Shown here: piece after piece, positions 38,481-50,000 of the stretch
Position numbering within the stretch: position 1 is the first letter of the stretch
Layout of the letters: each line of letters starts with the position of its first letter
Assembly: GCA_964577115.1 (NCBI GenBank)
Contig: CAZNXJ010000002.1
Span: 252,285 to 316,284, forward strand
DNA: 64,000 nucleotides
From: an uncultured Pirellulaceae bacterium
GTDB lineage: Bacteria > Planctomycetota > Planctomycetia > Pirellulales > Pirellulaceae
Direction: 5' to 3'
Notes under the pieces: generated by a model
Seen by the model: the letters and a program-made list of their open reading frames with translations, nothing else
Databases searched by the model: none
Told to the model about the DNA's origin: nothing
Translations under genes and position numbers: made by a program

Positions 38481-41400
38481 ATGACAAGTGCTCGTGGTCG
38501 TTCCGAGTATCTCCAGCAACTTGTTCGACAGGCGCTCAAGTTGCCTGCCGACCAGCGCGAAGCGTGGCTCGCTCGGCGGGCCGGGGAGGACAAACGGCTC
38601 CTCCATGAGCTCCAGGTGCTGCTTGAAAAATACGACCAGCCCCAGACGAAAGCCGGGCCCTTGGACACCATCGAGCTACCTCAGCCCGAGGCGGCGCCCG
38701 AGCGGCCCCGGGGGCTACGTATTCACTGCCCGCACTGCCACAATGCCGTCGAGGTGCTCAAAGACGCCGATGACGCGCTGGAACAGATCCTTTGCGAATC
38801 GTGCGGATCAAGCTTTCAGATCGTCGAAGGGCGGACAACCACCTACTCCTCCGAGTGTCGCCGAATTGGGCGCTTCACGCTCGTCGAGCAGCTCGGCGTC
38901 GGCGCGTACGGCGTCGTTTGGAGAGGACGCGATGCCGAGCTCGATCGTGAGGTGGCCGTCAAAATCCCGCGCGAAGGTCGGCTTTCTCCCGAGGAGCAGG
39001 CGAAATTCTTGCGCGAAGCGCGAGCCGCCGCGCAGTTGGCTCACCCCCATATTGTCGCCGTCCACGAAATTGGCCGGGACGACGGGCGGCTGTACATTGT
39101 CAGCGATCTGGTCCGCGGCCTGACGCTCGCTGATTGGCTCACCGGTCAGACGGCCTCGCCGCGGCAGGCAGCCGAATGGTGTGCCAAGATCGCCGACGCC
39201 CTCGACCACGCGCATCAGCAAGGCGTCGTCCATCGCGATCTTAAGCCCTCGAATGTGCTGCTCGACGAACAACTCGAACCCCGCATCACCGACTTCGGAC
39301 TGGCGAAGCGCGATGCGGGGGAAATCACGATGACGATCGAGGGACAGGTGCTCGGGACGCCGGCCTACATGAGTCCGGAGCAGGCACGGGGGAGCGGCCA
39401 TAACGCCGACCGCCGCTCGGATATCTATAGCTTGGGCGTGATCCTCTTCGAGCTGCTCACGGGCGAGCGTCCATTCCGCGGCAATGCGCGCATGCTGATT
39501 CATCAGGTGCTCTCCGAGGATGCGCCGAGCCCTCGGAAACTCGATGCTAGTATTCCACGAGATCTCGAAACGATCTGCCTCAAATGTCTCGAGAAGGATC
39601 CGGCGAAGCGGTATTCCACGGCAAGGGAATTGGCGGAAGAGCTGCGGCGTTGGCTGCGTGGCGAACCGGTACTCGCCCGGCCGATTAGCCGCGCCGCGCG
39701 GGCCGTTCGCTGGGCGCACCGGAACCGGGCCATCGCGGCGCTAGCGACCACCGTGCTCGTTGTGCTGCTCACCGGCATCGTCGTCTCGGGATCCTTTGCC
39801 GTGCTCGCCAATCGGCACGCCCAGGAATTGCAAATAGCACTGTGGAACGTTGACGCGCAGCGCTCCCGGGCCGATCAGCAGGCCGCCCAAGCTATCGCAC
39901 GCTCCGAGGAAGCTCGTCGCGAGCGGAATCGAGCCCTTCAAGCGGAGCGCGAAATGCGCCGCTTGCTCTACCAGGCCGATATGCGGAATGCCTTTCAGGC
40001 CCTCAGCGATGGGAACACCGGCCGTGTCCGCGAACATCTGCTCGCCCACGTGCCCGAGCCGGGGCAGACCGACCTGCGCGGATGGGAGTGGTATCACCTT
40101 TGGGATCGGATCCATGATTACACAACGTTGCTGCCGCACATGCCGGCCGTAACATCACTCGCCATCAGTAAAGACGGACGCTATCTCGCGTCAGTGGATG
40201 CCTCTTGGGGAATGGTCCGTTTCTGGGAGTTGCCGACAGGACAACTGGTCAGCCTCATTCGTGAGGCGACAAATCTGCGCCACGTTGAATTTTCGCCCGA
40301 CGGCACGTTGCTGACCGCAGGCAAATGGGATGTAACCGAAGCTCCGATCTGGAATTGGCAGCGCGGCTTGCCACAAACGACGCTTGAAGCGCCCGCGTCG
40401 CTGTTTGTTTCTGTCGCCTGGCATCCCGCCGGCAATCTTCTCGCCGGAGGCAGCAAATACAACGGCCGTATCCAGCTGTTTGATGTGTCGACAGGCGAGG
40501 TCGTTCGCGGGATGGCGGTGCCAACCTCGACGGTCGGGCGAATTACCTTCTCGCCAGATGGCTCGCTGTTGGCGGCTCGCGCGAACAGTGGCGAGATTCA
40601 CCTTATTGATATGGAAAGTGGCGAGACGCGGACAACGCTTCCAGGTTCCGGAGGATACGGCTTCGAGTTTTTTACGCTACGTTTCTCCGCCGACGGCGAG
40701 CGGCTTGTTACTTCCGGACCGCAAGGCACGCATTTGTGGGACGTTCGTAGTCCTGGCACAAGCACGCAACTCGAGGGACATTCCGCCGTAAACGACGCGG
40801 TGTTTTCTCCGGACGGCAGAATCGTTTATACCGCCGGGGATGATGGTCGTGTTGTCGCGCATCGGGCGGACAATGGTCAACCGCTCCAGGCCTATCTCGG
40901 GCATGCCCAGCGCGCACGTGCTCTGGTGATGAGTTCCGACGGGAAGTTGCTCGTATCGGCGGGCGAAGACGGGCTCATTCTGGTCCGGGATCTTGCCCGC
41001 CAGACGCCGACGGTTATCGACCAGTCGCTCGTTCTGGCTCACTCGCCGCCGAACGAGTCGCCGACGAGCCGCAGCGCCGCGTTCCTTCCCGACGGTCGGA
41101 TGATCAGCGCTTGGGGGAAGCACATCATCATTTGGAATGAGAAGTTCACCGCTCCCGAATCGCTGATCGATACGGGGACGAGCGTGCATCGATTTGCGGT
41201 CAGCCCGACGGGTGCGATCTGCGCAAGCTACCATCTCGGCGATCAGCGTATCGCTTTATGGGATGTTGCCCAGGGATCGCACATCGGAACCTTGGAGGCG
41301 CGGACACACGTAAATTGTCTCGCTTTCAGCCCGGATGGTGAGCAGCTGCTTGCCGGTGGAAGGGATCGCCACGGATTCGTCGTATGGGATCTCCAGACGC

Positions 41401-44400
41401 TTTCGCGCCATCACTCATTGCGAATTGACCACTGGGCAAATCGCGCAGCGTGGTCGCCCGACAGAAAGACCATCGCAGCGGCTTCGGATTTACCAGGTCC
41501 GGTGCAGCTCTATGATGCCGAGTCTGCTCGACCCCGAATGACGCTGGCTCGTCAAGATACCGAAATTTACGCTTTGGCCTTCTCGCCAGATGGACGCATG
41601 GTGGTCTCCGGCGGCGCCGACGCTAATGTCACCCTCTCGGATGCCGCCTCGGGCGAGACCATAAGTGTGTTGCGAGGACACATCGGTAGCGTTCTCGACT
41701 TAACGTTTTCACCCGACGGGAATCTTCTGGCTTCGGCCGCAACAGACGGTACTGTGCGCTTGTGGGACATTCCCGAAAGAAGGGAACGAGCTGTGTTCAG
41801 CGTCGGGAAAGACAAATCGATCACAACGGTTTGTTTTTCCCCCGATGGCCGCACACTCGTCGCGGTGGAAGGCGACCACCTCCACATTTGGCGAGCTGCC
41901 TCGGAGGACGACGTCGCGGCCCAATTGAGTAGGGAACGCGCGCTTCAGAATGTCAGCCGCCTCGAATTGTTGGAGAGCCTCGTACGTGGGCATGGGCGTC
42001 GTGATTTGGAACCGGATTTGGCGCACGCGATCTTCATGGAGGCCTACACGAACGTTATTCAAGGTGACATCAAAGCCGCCTCGGCCGCTCTCGAACGCGT
42101 GGAAGATTTGATCGAGAATGCGAAACCTCGGAACGAGGCGCTCGCTCTTCGCTGGCAGGAGCTCGCGTATTACATCGCCGAGCTCCGGCCGGCCATGCTG
42201 ATGGCAGAAGGACGCACACAGAAGGCGCAGGAAGCCCTGAAGGAGGCCTATCGGCTTTGGGGCGAATTTCCACAGGAACTGCAGCGGCGTCCTCTCGCCG
42301 GATTGGCTCTGCCCAACCGCGGAGAATTACGGCGTCAGCGGCTGGCCGCGGCCACAGAGGCCGAATTCGAACGCGCCGTTGCCGAGGAGTTTCTGTTCCA
42401 GAATCTTCCTCAGCCCGTCACGATCACGCTCGTGGATGGGACGACGCTCGTTTTGACAACTCCCCATGACGTCCCTGACGAGCCGTTCCATGTGCGCGAG
42501 ATTCGGCTGTGGTCGGATTCGGTAAGTGACGCCGATATCGAAATATTGGCTCGCCTGCCCGAGCTCGAGGCGCTCACGATTTTCGAATCGAACGAGACGC
42601 CGATCGACTCGGCGATTATTGACAAGCTTTCCCTACTGCGGCGACTGCGGCGACTGTCGCTCGACAAACTCTCAAGCCGCACATTGACCCACGTCGCGCA
42701 GCTCCGGCAGCTTGAGCAACTCACGCTGCGTGGTGCCGACCTCAGCCAGTTATCCGAGGATGACCTGGCCGCATTCGGGAGAATGGGAAACGTCCGATGG
42801 CTCGAACTCGATGGGACCGCTGCGAGTAACGAGCTCGTTAGGGCCATCGCCACGATGCCAAATCTCGAATACCTCAACCTCGCGAGAACTCCTGTAGCCG
42901 ACGAAGCGCTGCGGGAGCTCGCCGAGTGCTCAGGGCTGAAGTACTTGATTCTCGATAGCACACTGGTGAGCGACGAAGGGGTGATCGAGATTCTAACGCT
43001 CCCCAGTCTCCGCGAGCTCTTGCTCCGCGAGACGAACGTGACGGATGCGATCGTGGAGGCGGCGCTCCGCCGCGCGGAACCGCTTGACTATTTCGGGCTG
43101 AACGCAACGCGGGTGTCTTCCCGCGGCGTCGCACTGTTGCGGCACGCGTGGCCAAATTGTGAACTGTTCCATGATGCGAGCCCCGAGACGCGCAATGCCT
43201 CGCGCAGCTTCCCAGCGCTCGATACACTACGCCAACGGTTAAACGTGGTACGAGAGGAAATTGCGTCCGGCGCATCCACGGCGGCACGCTGGCGCTCGGA
43301 GCTCGTCCCGTGGCACTTTGCCGAGCAAGGAACGCCGCATGGTGTAGAGATCGCATCGCTTCTGCGCACCTTTCCCTGGCCACTGGACCAGCTCGAGCGA
43401 GCAGCACTAAGCGACGAGCAGCGGCGCATGATGGAAACGGTGGCGGGGCGCGTTCCCGAGGAACTTGTCGCCGTGTTCGGCGACGGCCGCCTCACGTTTT
43501 GGGGGGAAGGATTCGGACGAGCCGCCTTTGGGGAAAAGCATGTTGCAGTTTTGAGCTACAACGGTAACTACCAAGAATGGAACTCAGCCAACGGCCTGTT
43601 CGAACGTGTCGTCAAGGGCTGGCCGTCCGTGTGTGGGTTATCGCCCGACGGGTCGCTGGCTGCCTCCACTGATGAGAATACGCTCCGCGTCTGGGAGACC
43701 GCCGACGCGGCGGTCGTACGCGAGTGGGACGGTGTCGGGACCGTCCGGTTTGTCGCCTTCCGCCCCGGTGCCGATCAAATTGCGGTGGCCTTGGCTAACG
43801 GTCGCCTGAAGTTATACAGCTATGGAGATGTGACGGAGCCAATCGAAGTGCGGTCCGGAGGACCTGCGGCCGTCGCCGTCGATTTCGATCCGAGCGGCGA
43901 GTATTTGGTTGAACGTGACAGCGACATGGAACTCCGAGTCTGGCGTGTTCATCCATTGTCTGATCACCCTGCACCGATCGCATCCGTACGGACCCAGCAC
44001 GGCACCGATCGCGAAAATCGACTGCTCGCCGTTGCGCGCGACGCAAAAGTGATTGCTGTTGCGGGGACGTCGGCGATCGAACTTTACTTTGGTCATGATG
44101 GAACGCGGATTGGCCAAATCGATCTGCGGATGCTAAACCGCGACAATCGCCGACTCGATTTGCTCGATTCACTCGCCATCTCGCCGGATGGAAGTCTGCT
44201 TGTGGGCGGCGACAACTCGGGCCAGATCGGATTTTGGAGTGTTCCAGATGGTCAGAATCTGGGAATTATCCGCGAGCGCGTCAGCTGGGTGAACATTTTG
44301 GAATTCAGCGACGACGGCAAGCTGCTGGCCGCCGGCGGGCACGATAGCCTGACGCTCATCGACCCGGTACTACGGACAGTAGTCGCCCAGGCTGATCCGC

Positions 44401-45263
44401 TCGCCGGCGTGAACTCGCTCGTCGTCAGCCCTCAGGGCGACCAGGTTTTTGCCGGCAGCGTAGCCGTTACGGCCTGGCGCATTCCGGAAGGCTCCCCGGC
44501 AGGCCAAATGGGAGACCGATACTTTGCCACTGCACTGGCCAATCATGCGCAAGCGCCGGGGCTTTGGATATACCAGCTTTGGCAGATCAACCTGTTCAAT
44601 CCCCGCTCGATGAAGAGCCAACGCCAGCGAGCAATCCCGCTTCGTGTCGACGGACCGTTTACCATCAACTCCGCCGGGACCACCCTGGCTGTGGGAGGCC
44701 AGGAGCTTGAGCTGTGGGATTTGCAGACGGGGACGCGGCTCCCCAGTATTTCTCGGTCCGACGGCAAAGTTGTCGCCCTGGCGCTTAGCGATGACGGAAC
44801 GCTCATAGCCGCGTGTATCGAGCAGAACGATACGCAGCGTCTGGAGCTTTTTAATACCGTAAGCGGCAAGCTCATCCATTCGTTCGAAGTTCCGGAAGGT
44901 CAGCACTTAACCTGCCTGGCGTTCAGCCCCGACAGTCGAATATTGGTTGGCGCGGGCTGGGGCGGTCCGCCGCGGCGCTGGAAGGTGGACGACGGCAGCT
45001 CGCTATCGTCGCTCGATGCAGGGGAGGTGAGCGGCCTCGATTTTAGCCCCGATGGGCGCTGGCTTGCGGCGTTGGGACGCGACGAGACAATTCGGATCTG
45101 GGACGCCGTGACGGGCGAAGCGGCGCGGACCATTGCGCTTGGCGAGGATCTCTCGGATGCCTGGCTACGCTCATTAAGCTTTGCGCCCGACAGCCGGCAT
45201 TTGCTGGTCGGTACGGCCAGCGGCATGGTGCTCGTGTTTCGGATAGAAGAGCAAGGGAGATAG
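38481..45263 (+). CDS. Giant (2260 aa) membrane-anchored Ser/Thr protein kinase with zinc ribbon, WD40 beta-propeller arrays and an internal leucine-rich-repeat block
   Basis: Zinc ribbon CPHCHN...CESCG. Kinase motifs GVGAYGVVW, HRDLKPSNVLLD, DFGLAK, GTPAYMSPE. TM helix IAALATTVLVVLLTGIVVSGSF. Many SPDG/WD-like repeats. LRR region (~42470–43160) LRRLSLDKLS...LEYLNLARTPV...LRELLLRETNV. Confidence 0.85.
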   Translation: MTSARGRSEYLQQLVRQALKLPADQREAWLARRAGEDKRLLHELQVLLEKYDQPQTKAGPLDTIELPQPEAAPERPRGLRIHCPHCHNAVEVLKDADDALEQILCESCGSSFQIVEGRTTTYSSECRRIGRFTLVEQLGVGAYGVVWRGRDAELDREVAVKIPREGRLSPEEQAKFLREARAAAQLAHPHIVAVHEIGRDDGRLYIVSDLVRGLTLADWLTGQTASPRQAAEWCAKIADALDHAHQQGVVHRDLKPSNVLLDEQLEPRITDFGLAKRDAGEITMTIEGQVLGTPAYMSPEQARGSGHNADRRSDIYSLGVILFELLTGERPFRGNARMLIHQVLSEDAPSPRKLDASIPRDLETICLKCLEKDPAKRYSTARELAEELRRWLRGEPVLARPISRAARAVRWAHRNRAIAALATTVLVVLLTGIVVSGSFAVLANRHAQELQIALWNVDAQRSRADQQAAQAIARSEEARRERNRALQAEREMRRLLYQADMRNAFQALSDGNTGRVREHLLAHVPEPGQTDLRGWEWYHLWDRIHDYTTLLPHMPAVTSLAISKDGRYLASVDASWGMVRFWELPTGQLVSLIREATNLRHVEFSPDGTLLTAGKWDVTEAPIWNWQRGLPQTTLEAPASLFVSVAWHPAGNLLAGGSKYNGRIQLFDVSTGEVVRGMAVPTSTVGRITFSPDGSLLAARANSGEIHLIDMESGETRTTLPGSGGYGFEFFTLRFSADGERLVTSGPQGTHLWDVRSPGTSTQLEGHSAVNDAVFSPDGRIVYTAGDDGRVVAHRADNGQPLQAYLGHAQRARALVMSSDGKLLVSAGEDGLILVRDLARQTPTVIDQSLVLAHSPPNESPTSRSAAFLPDGRMISAWGKHIIIWNEKFTAPESLIDTGTSVHRFAVSPTGAICASYHLGDQRIALWDVAQGSHIGTLEARTHVNCLAFSPDGEQLLAGGRDRHGFVVWDLQTLSRHHSLRIDHWANRAAWSPDRKTIAAASDLPGPVQLYDAESARPRMTLARQDTEIYALAFSPDGRMVVSGGADANVTLSDAASGETISVLRGHIGSVLDLTFSPDGNLLASAATDGTVRLWDIPERRERAVFSVGKDKSITTVCFSPDGRTLVAVEGDHLHIWRAASEDDVAAQLSRERALQNVSRLELLESLVRGHGRRDLEPDLAHAIFMEAYTNVIQGDIKAASAALERVEDLIENAKPRNEALALRWQELAYYIAELRPAMLMAEGRTQKAQEALKEAYRLWGEFPQELQRRPLAGLALPNRGELRRQRLAAATEAEFERAVAEEFLFQNLPQPVTITLVDGTTLVLTTPHDVPDEPFHVREIRLWSDSVSDADIEILARLPELEALTIFESNETPIDSAIIDKLSLLRRLRRLSLDKLSSRTLTHVAQLRQLEQLTLRGADLSQLSEDDLAAFGRMGNVRWLELDGTAASNELVRAIATMPNLEYLNLARTPVADEALRELAECSGLKYLILDSTLVSDEGVIEILTLPSLRELLLRETNVTDAIVEAALRRAEPLDYFGLNATRVSSRGVALLRHAWPNCELFHDASPETRNASRSFPALDTLRQRLNVVREEIASGASTAARWRSELVPWHFAEQGTPHGVEIASLLRTFPWPLDQLERAALSDEQRRMMETVAGRVPEELVAVFGDGRLTFWGEGFGRAAFGEKHVAVLSYNGNYQEWNSANGLFERVVKGWPSVCGLSPDGSLAASTDENTLRVWETADAAVVREWDGVGTVRFVAFRPGADQIAVALANGRLKLYSYGDVTEPIEVRSGGPAAVAVDFDPSGEYLVERDSDMELRVWRVHPLSDHPAPIASVRTQHGTDRENRLLAVARDAKVIAVAGTSAIELYFGHDGTRIGQIDLRMLNRDNRRLDLLDSLAISPDGSLLVGGDNSGQIGFWSVPDGQNLGIIRERVSWVNILEFSDDGKLLAAGGHDSLTLIDPVLRTVVAQADPLAGVNSLVVSPQGDQVFAGSVAVTAWRIPEGSPAGQMGDRYFATALANHAQAPGLWIYQLWQINLFNPRSMKSQRQRAIPLRVDGPFTINSAGTTLAVGGQELELWDLQTGTRLPSISRSDGKVVALALSDDGTLIAACIEQNDTQRLELFNTVSGKLIHSFEVPEGQHLTCLAFSPDSRILVGAGWGGPPRRWKVDDGSSLSSLDAGEVSGLDFSPDGRWLAALGRDETIRIWDAVTGEAARTIALGEDLSDAWLRSLSFAPDSRHLLVGTASGMVLVFRIEEQGR

Positions 45264-45284
45264 CGCGGGGCGGCCGAGCGGAGA

Positions 45285-46976
45285 TCAATTTTCCGCGAAC
45301 TGCGCCATGTACTGCTTTTCGTTATCGGCACTGCCGATCAGAATCAAGCGCGCGTCTGGGGAAAGCCGTGTATCGGGCGGTGGATTGGCGATCATGTGCT
45401 CCCCCGTTCGAATCGCGACGACGTTGCAGCCGGTTGATTCACGGATGGAGGTCTCGCCGAGCGTGCGGCCGGCGAGCTTGGGCGGAACGTCGACCTCGAA
45501 AGCGCTGAGCCCCTCGGCCAGCAGCAAGACGTCGTGCCGCCGCAGCAGATTGAAAATGGCGTTCGCGCCGATCGATGCGTACGACATGACGAAATCAGCA
45601 CCCGCGCGGTGTAAAGTATCGACGTTGCGATCAACGGTCGAACGGCTGATGATCTGAATGTCCGGGCGCAGTCGCCGGCAATACAGCGTCAGGTACACAT
45701 TCATGTCGTCGTCGCTCGTCGTAATCACAACTGCGGGCGACTCCATCAGACCGCCGCGACGGAGCACGTGCAGATCCGCGGCGTTGCCGACGATGAGCCG
45801 GTCCGATGCCAAGCCTGCCTCCGGAGCGCGTTCAATGATCCGGTAGTCGACTTTCTGACGCGCTAGTTCCTCGGCGCACGCCTGGCCGACTCGTCCACCG
45901 CCGATGATCACTACCGGCGCGTCGATGGATCGATAGATGCAAAACAGCGCATCGTAGTCGTCCAGTTGTTCGCGCGTGCCGGCCAGCAGCAACACGGTGC
46001 TTGGCAAAATGCGTGTTTCGGGGCCGGCCGCACTGAACTCGCCACGCTCCCACACGCCTACGACGTTGACCTGGGCATGTTCAGGTAGCCGGATCTCGCG
46101 CAGCGTGCGGTTCACGAGCGGCGTATCGGCCGCAGCTGCCTCGGCGATCAAGACGCCGCCCACCTGACCAATCACGTGGCTCTTCGCGTCCCGCCCGAGC
46201 ACTCGCCGAGCAAGCCCGCGGCCCATCATCTGCGACAGTTCGAGCACACGGCTGCACCCGGCCATCTGAAGAATGTCCACCGAGGCGGCATCGCGCGCGG
46301 TTGCGACGATCGGCGTCCGTGCGGCTACGGACCGTGCGGTGAATGTGACGTTGGTATTGACCATGTCGCTCAGCGTCGTGGCGAGCAATGCCGCGTTGGG
46401 AAGACGCAGCCGTTCGTACGTCAGTGGATCGTCTCGTTCGCCCACAACCACATCGATGTCCGTGTCATGGAGCCGTAAGGCGGCTTCGACATCCGGCACC
46501 AAGACGACATAGGGATAATGACGCTGCTCGAGCAGACGAATCAGAGCGGTCTCGACGGGCCCGTAGCTCAGCAGCACCACATGCCCCGACACCTCGCGAG
46601 GAAGCTCGCGCGGGGCAAGCGCCGCGACCTGGGCCTGCATCCAGGGAGCGTAGAAGAACTCGATGAACGTAAACGGCAGGAGGACGAGCATGAACAGCGT
46701 GCCGCTCAGTAACACGACGATCGAAAACATGCGGCCCACGTCCGAATGGAACGTGATGTCGCCGAAGCCGAGCGTCGACATGACGGTCAGTGTCCAGTAC
46801 GCGCCCGTGATCCAGCTATACCTCCGCCCCTCCCACACCATGAGGAGGTGGAAGATCACGGTATAGACGAGCACCAGCACGGTCATCGCGAGCAGCAGGA
46901 ACCAAAGAATCCGGAGGTTGCGCTTCGCGGTGCGGGTAGCGAGTTGGTGTGTGAAGAGCGCGGGTAGGAATTTCAT
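45285..46976 (-). CDS. Two-TM potassium channel with tandem RCK (TrkA-N/TrkA-C) gating domains
   Basis: Pore helix and selectivity filter WTLTVMSTLGFGD. Two Rossmann RCK motifs, VVLLSYGPVETALIRLL and VVIIGGGRVGQACAEEL. Confidence 0.8.
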   Translation of the reverse strand: MKFLPALFTHQLATRTAKRNLRILWFLLLAMTVLVLVYTVIFHLLMVWEGRRYSWITGAYWTLTVMSTLGFGDITFHSDVGRMFSIVVLLSGTLFMLVLLPFTFIEFFYAPWMQAQVAALAPRELPREVSGHVVLLSYGPVETALIRLLEQRHYPYVVLVPDVEAALRLHDTDIDVVVGERDDPLTYERLRLPNAALLATTLSDMVNTNVTFTARSVAARTPIVATARDAASVDILQMAGCSRVLELSQMMGRGLARRVLGRDAKSHVIGQVGGVLIAEAAAADTPLVNRTLREIRLPEHAQVNVVGVWERGEFSAAGPETRILPSTVLLLAGTREQLDDYDALFCIYRSIDAPVVIIGGGRVGQACAEELARQKVDYRIIERAPEAGLASDRLIVGNAADLHVLRRGGLMESPAVVITTSDDDMNVYLTLYCRRLRPDIQIISRSTVDRNVDTLHRAGADFVMSYASIGANAIFNLLRRHDVLLLAEGLSAFEVDVPPKLAGRTLGETSIRESTGCNVVAIRTGEHMIANPPPDTRLSPDARLILIGSADNEKQYMAQFAEN

Positions 46977-47063
46977 CGACGTGAAGTGTACCCCTTCGTT
47001 TGTATCGTTTCGAGGGGAACTACGAATGACTCGAATGATACAAACGTGGGCGGCTTGGTGGGA

Positions 47064-50000
47064 TTAGGCGCGGTTCCGAGCGGCTTCCAGCTCGGCGAGA
47101 AGCCGCTGGTAGCTGGCCAGGCAGGTTTCGACCGATTGCTGGAGCCGAGTGACCTCGGCCGTTTGCCGTTCGGTCGATTGCTGCAGGGGCGCAAGCCACG
47201 CATTCATCAGCTCGAACTGCCGCTGAACGACCTCCAAAATCGAACGCGGCACCTTGTGCTGCACCACGACTTTGGAAATGGCCTTCCCGTCTGTCTCGGA
47301 CGGCGCGTCGCTGCCGGGCAACGCCGTTGGGCGAGCGATCGATTCGCGCAAGGCGCCGAGCTGCTCGGCGAGCGCATCCATCCGCGCGATGGTCAGCTGC
47401 TGATCGCCGTCCTGCTGAGCGAGGCGCGCGGTGGCGTCGATGACGGCTTTGCGGATCATTTCCAGGCCTTCGGTGACGCTGCCCAGCTGCGCGATGACGA
47501 GGCCCGCTTTATCGTCCGAACCAACGCCACGCAGCTTGAGGTTCTGCCGGAAGGCCCGGCAGATATCGTCCCAGCGCTGCTGCTGCTCGTCGGTCATGAT
47601 GCCCATGAGCTGCCGGAACTTCAGCAGATTCGCCTCGGTGTCGGCGGTCAGTGTCTGCGCGTCGTTCTCATAGTTCGAAACGATGAGCCCCGTCAGCTCG
47701 TCGTCGTTCATCATCGGCACTACTTTCTCGGCGATACGGTTCATGTTGCGGTACGAGCCCTGCAACTTGAACGGCGGCTCCGTGCGGTACTCGTCGGCTT
47801 GTGCCGCCGAGCGGATGTACTGCCGGTTGACGCGGAGCACCACATCGCGGACGCGCAGCAGCTTCTTCAGCACGGACACCGCGTCAGCAATCTCGTCGGG
47901 CGAGTAATTACCTTCCAGTTCGACGTCGCTCTGATTGCCCGTCGTGGCGATTTTTAGCAGCCCGTGGATATCCTGTGGATACCGCCCGACGATCTGGGCG
48001 AGCGTCGGGTTCGACATCATCGAGTTTTCGACGTAGCTCAGTTCGAAGACATCCTGCGTATCGCCAATGATTTCACCGAGATTGTAGATGTCGGCCCGGT
48101 TGGCCAGCATGTCCGGGATCTGGAACCGTTCGCCGCTTTCCGTGTACGGATTGCCCGCCATGACGACTGCCACCCGCCTGCCGCGCAGATCGTAGGTGCG
48201 CGAGCGGCCGCGGTAAACACCTTCGATTCTGCGCTGTGCGTCGCACAGCGAAATGAACTTCTGGAGTAGCTCGGGATGGCAATGCTGAATGTCGTCGAGG
48301 TACAGCATCACGTTGTCGCCCATCTCGAGTGCCAGGTTCAGACGCTCGAGCTCCTCCCGCGCCGCGGCATTGGTGGCCTCCGAAGGATCGATGGACGTTA
48401 CTCGGTGACCGATTGCCGGGCCATTGATTTTCACGAAGACGAGTCCGAGACGATTCGCCAGGTATTCCATCAGCGTCGTCTTGCCGTATCCCGGCGGAGA
48501 CACGAGCAGCAATAGCCCCATCCGCTCGGCTCGCTTCTGATCGCCCGCCGCGCCGATCTGTTTGGCCAGGTTGTCACCGATCAGCGGGAGATAAACCGAA
48601 TCGATGAGCTTGTTGCGGACGAATGACGACAGGACTTTGGCCTGGAAATCGGCGAGTCGCAGCCGCTCGCGCGCTTCGTCGATCAGTTCGCGTTTCCGCG
48701 CCGTGAGACGCGTGAATCGCGGCACGACGTCGGCCATGTACCGGCTGAGCTTATGGCAGAACGTGTTGTAATGGAGATCGTATGTGTGCTCTCGCACGAC
48801 CGGATGATCGCCCGCCATCGGGCTCAGCCGCCGCCGCAGCTCGCCGTCGCTGATCTTCGCGGCGTCGAGCTTTCCTTGGAGCAAGAGGACGGCGAATTCA
48901 TCCGCGTAGATCTCGTCGTCGCTCGTCGGGCGCCCCGCGAGAAACGCATTCGCCCAGTCGCGGGCAAGACGCAGCGAAGTGAGTGGGTGTTGCTGGACGG
49001 CGTGCAGCGACTTCTGAAAGGCTTCGGTGCCCTGGTGGGTACGGAGCTGCGCGTGAAATTCGTCGTACAGGTTGGCTGCGGTGCGACTGACAACGAACCC
49101 GACATCGCGAACACATTCGGCGTAAAGGTATTCCGCCGCCTCCCGCGCATGGGAACGATCGAACACACCGCTCCGCATGGCGAAGTCGTCGAGCGCTTCG
49201 GCTAGTTCCGCCACGTACGCGTCGCGCTGTTCAGGCCTCGGAAAATAACGTACGACCGCGCTGTGCCCTCGTAACAGGGCCGATAACCGCGACTTTTCGG
49301 CGGGCTCGCAGAAGTACGTCCAGTAGGCAACCGCCATGGCCCGTGCGGCCGGATGGTATCGAAGCAGTCCGGCGAGCGACCGCACTTCGGCGAGCGCATG
49401 CACCAGCAGGCTCGCGTCGACATCGTGCACGCCCTTCAAATAGCCTTCCTGGTAGCGCGGCCCCATGAATCGGCGGACCCATTCCAGTCGCTGCGCCTCG
49501 TCCATTTGCATGATGGCCGCGAGCGTCGGGCCTTCGGGCGTATCGATCGTCTGTAGTAGTTGATACGCCAGGTACTCGGCGCGGTACACCTGCGAGTTTT
49601 CCGAGACAAGCTCCTGCGACCAAAGGTCGCGCGCCGCATCGAGCGCTGGATCGTCAATCGGTTCGAAGTAGTTCGTCCCGGTCAGGTGAATATGCATCCG
49701 GTTGTCGCGGACGATAAGCGTCACGTCGAGCGGCTGCGTGTTGACAGAGAAGCGGTGCCGGCCGAGCTGAATGGTGTTCTCGCCGGCGACAAACAGGTCC
49801 TGCCGGTCGCGAAGCTGCCGCAGCCCGTCCTCGCGCAGGGCCTTCAGCCGGCTTTGTAGCTCGTCGACTTTGACGCTGTCTTCGAGCTCGGTGAGCTGCC
49901 GGATGATGTCGCGGACTTTTTCGACCATCAGGTCGGACGCGAAGTAGCCATTGATTTCGCTGACCGACTGAAGCGTATCGATCCGCGACTTCATGCCCTT

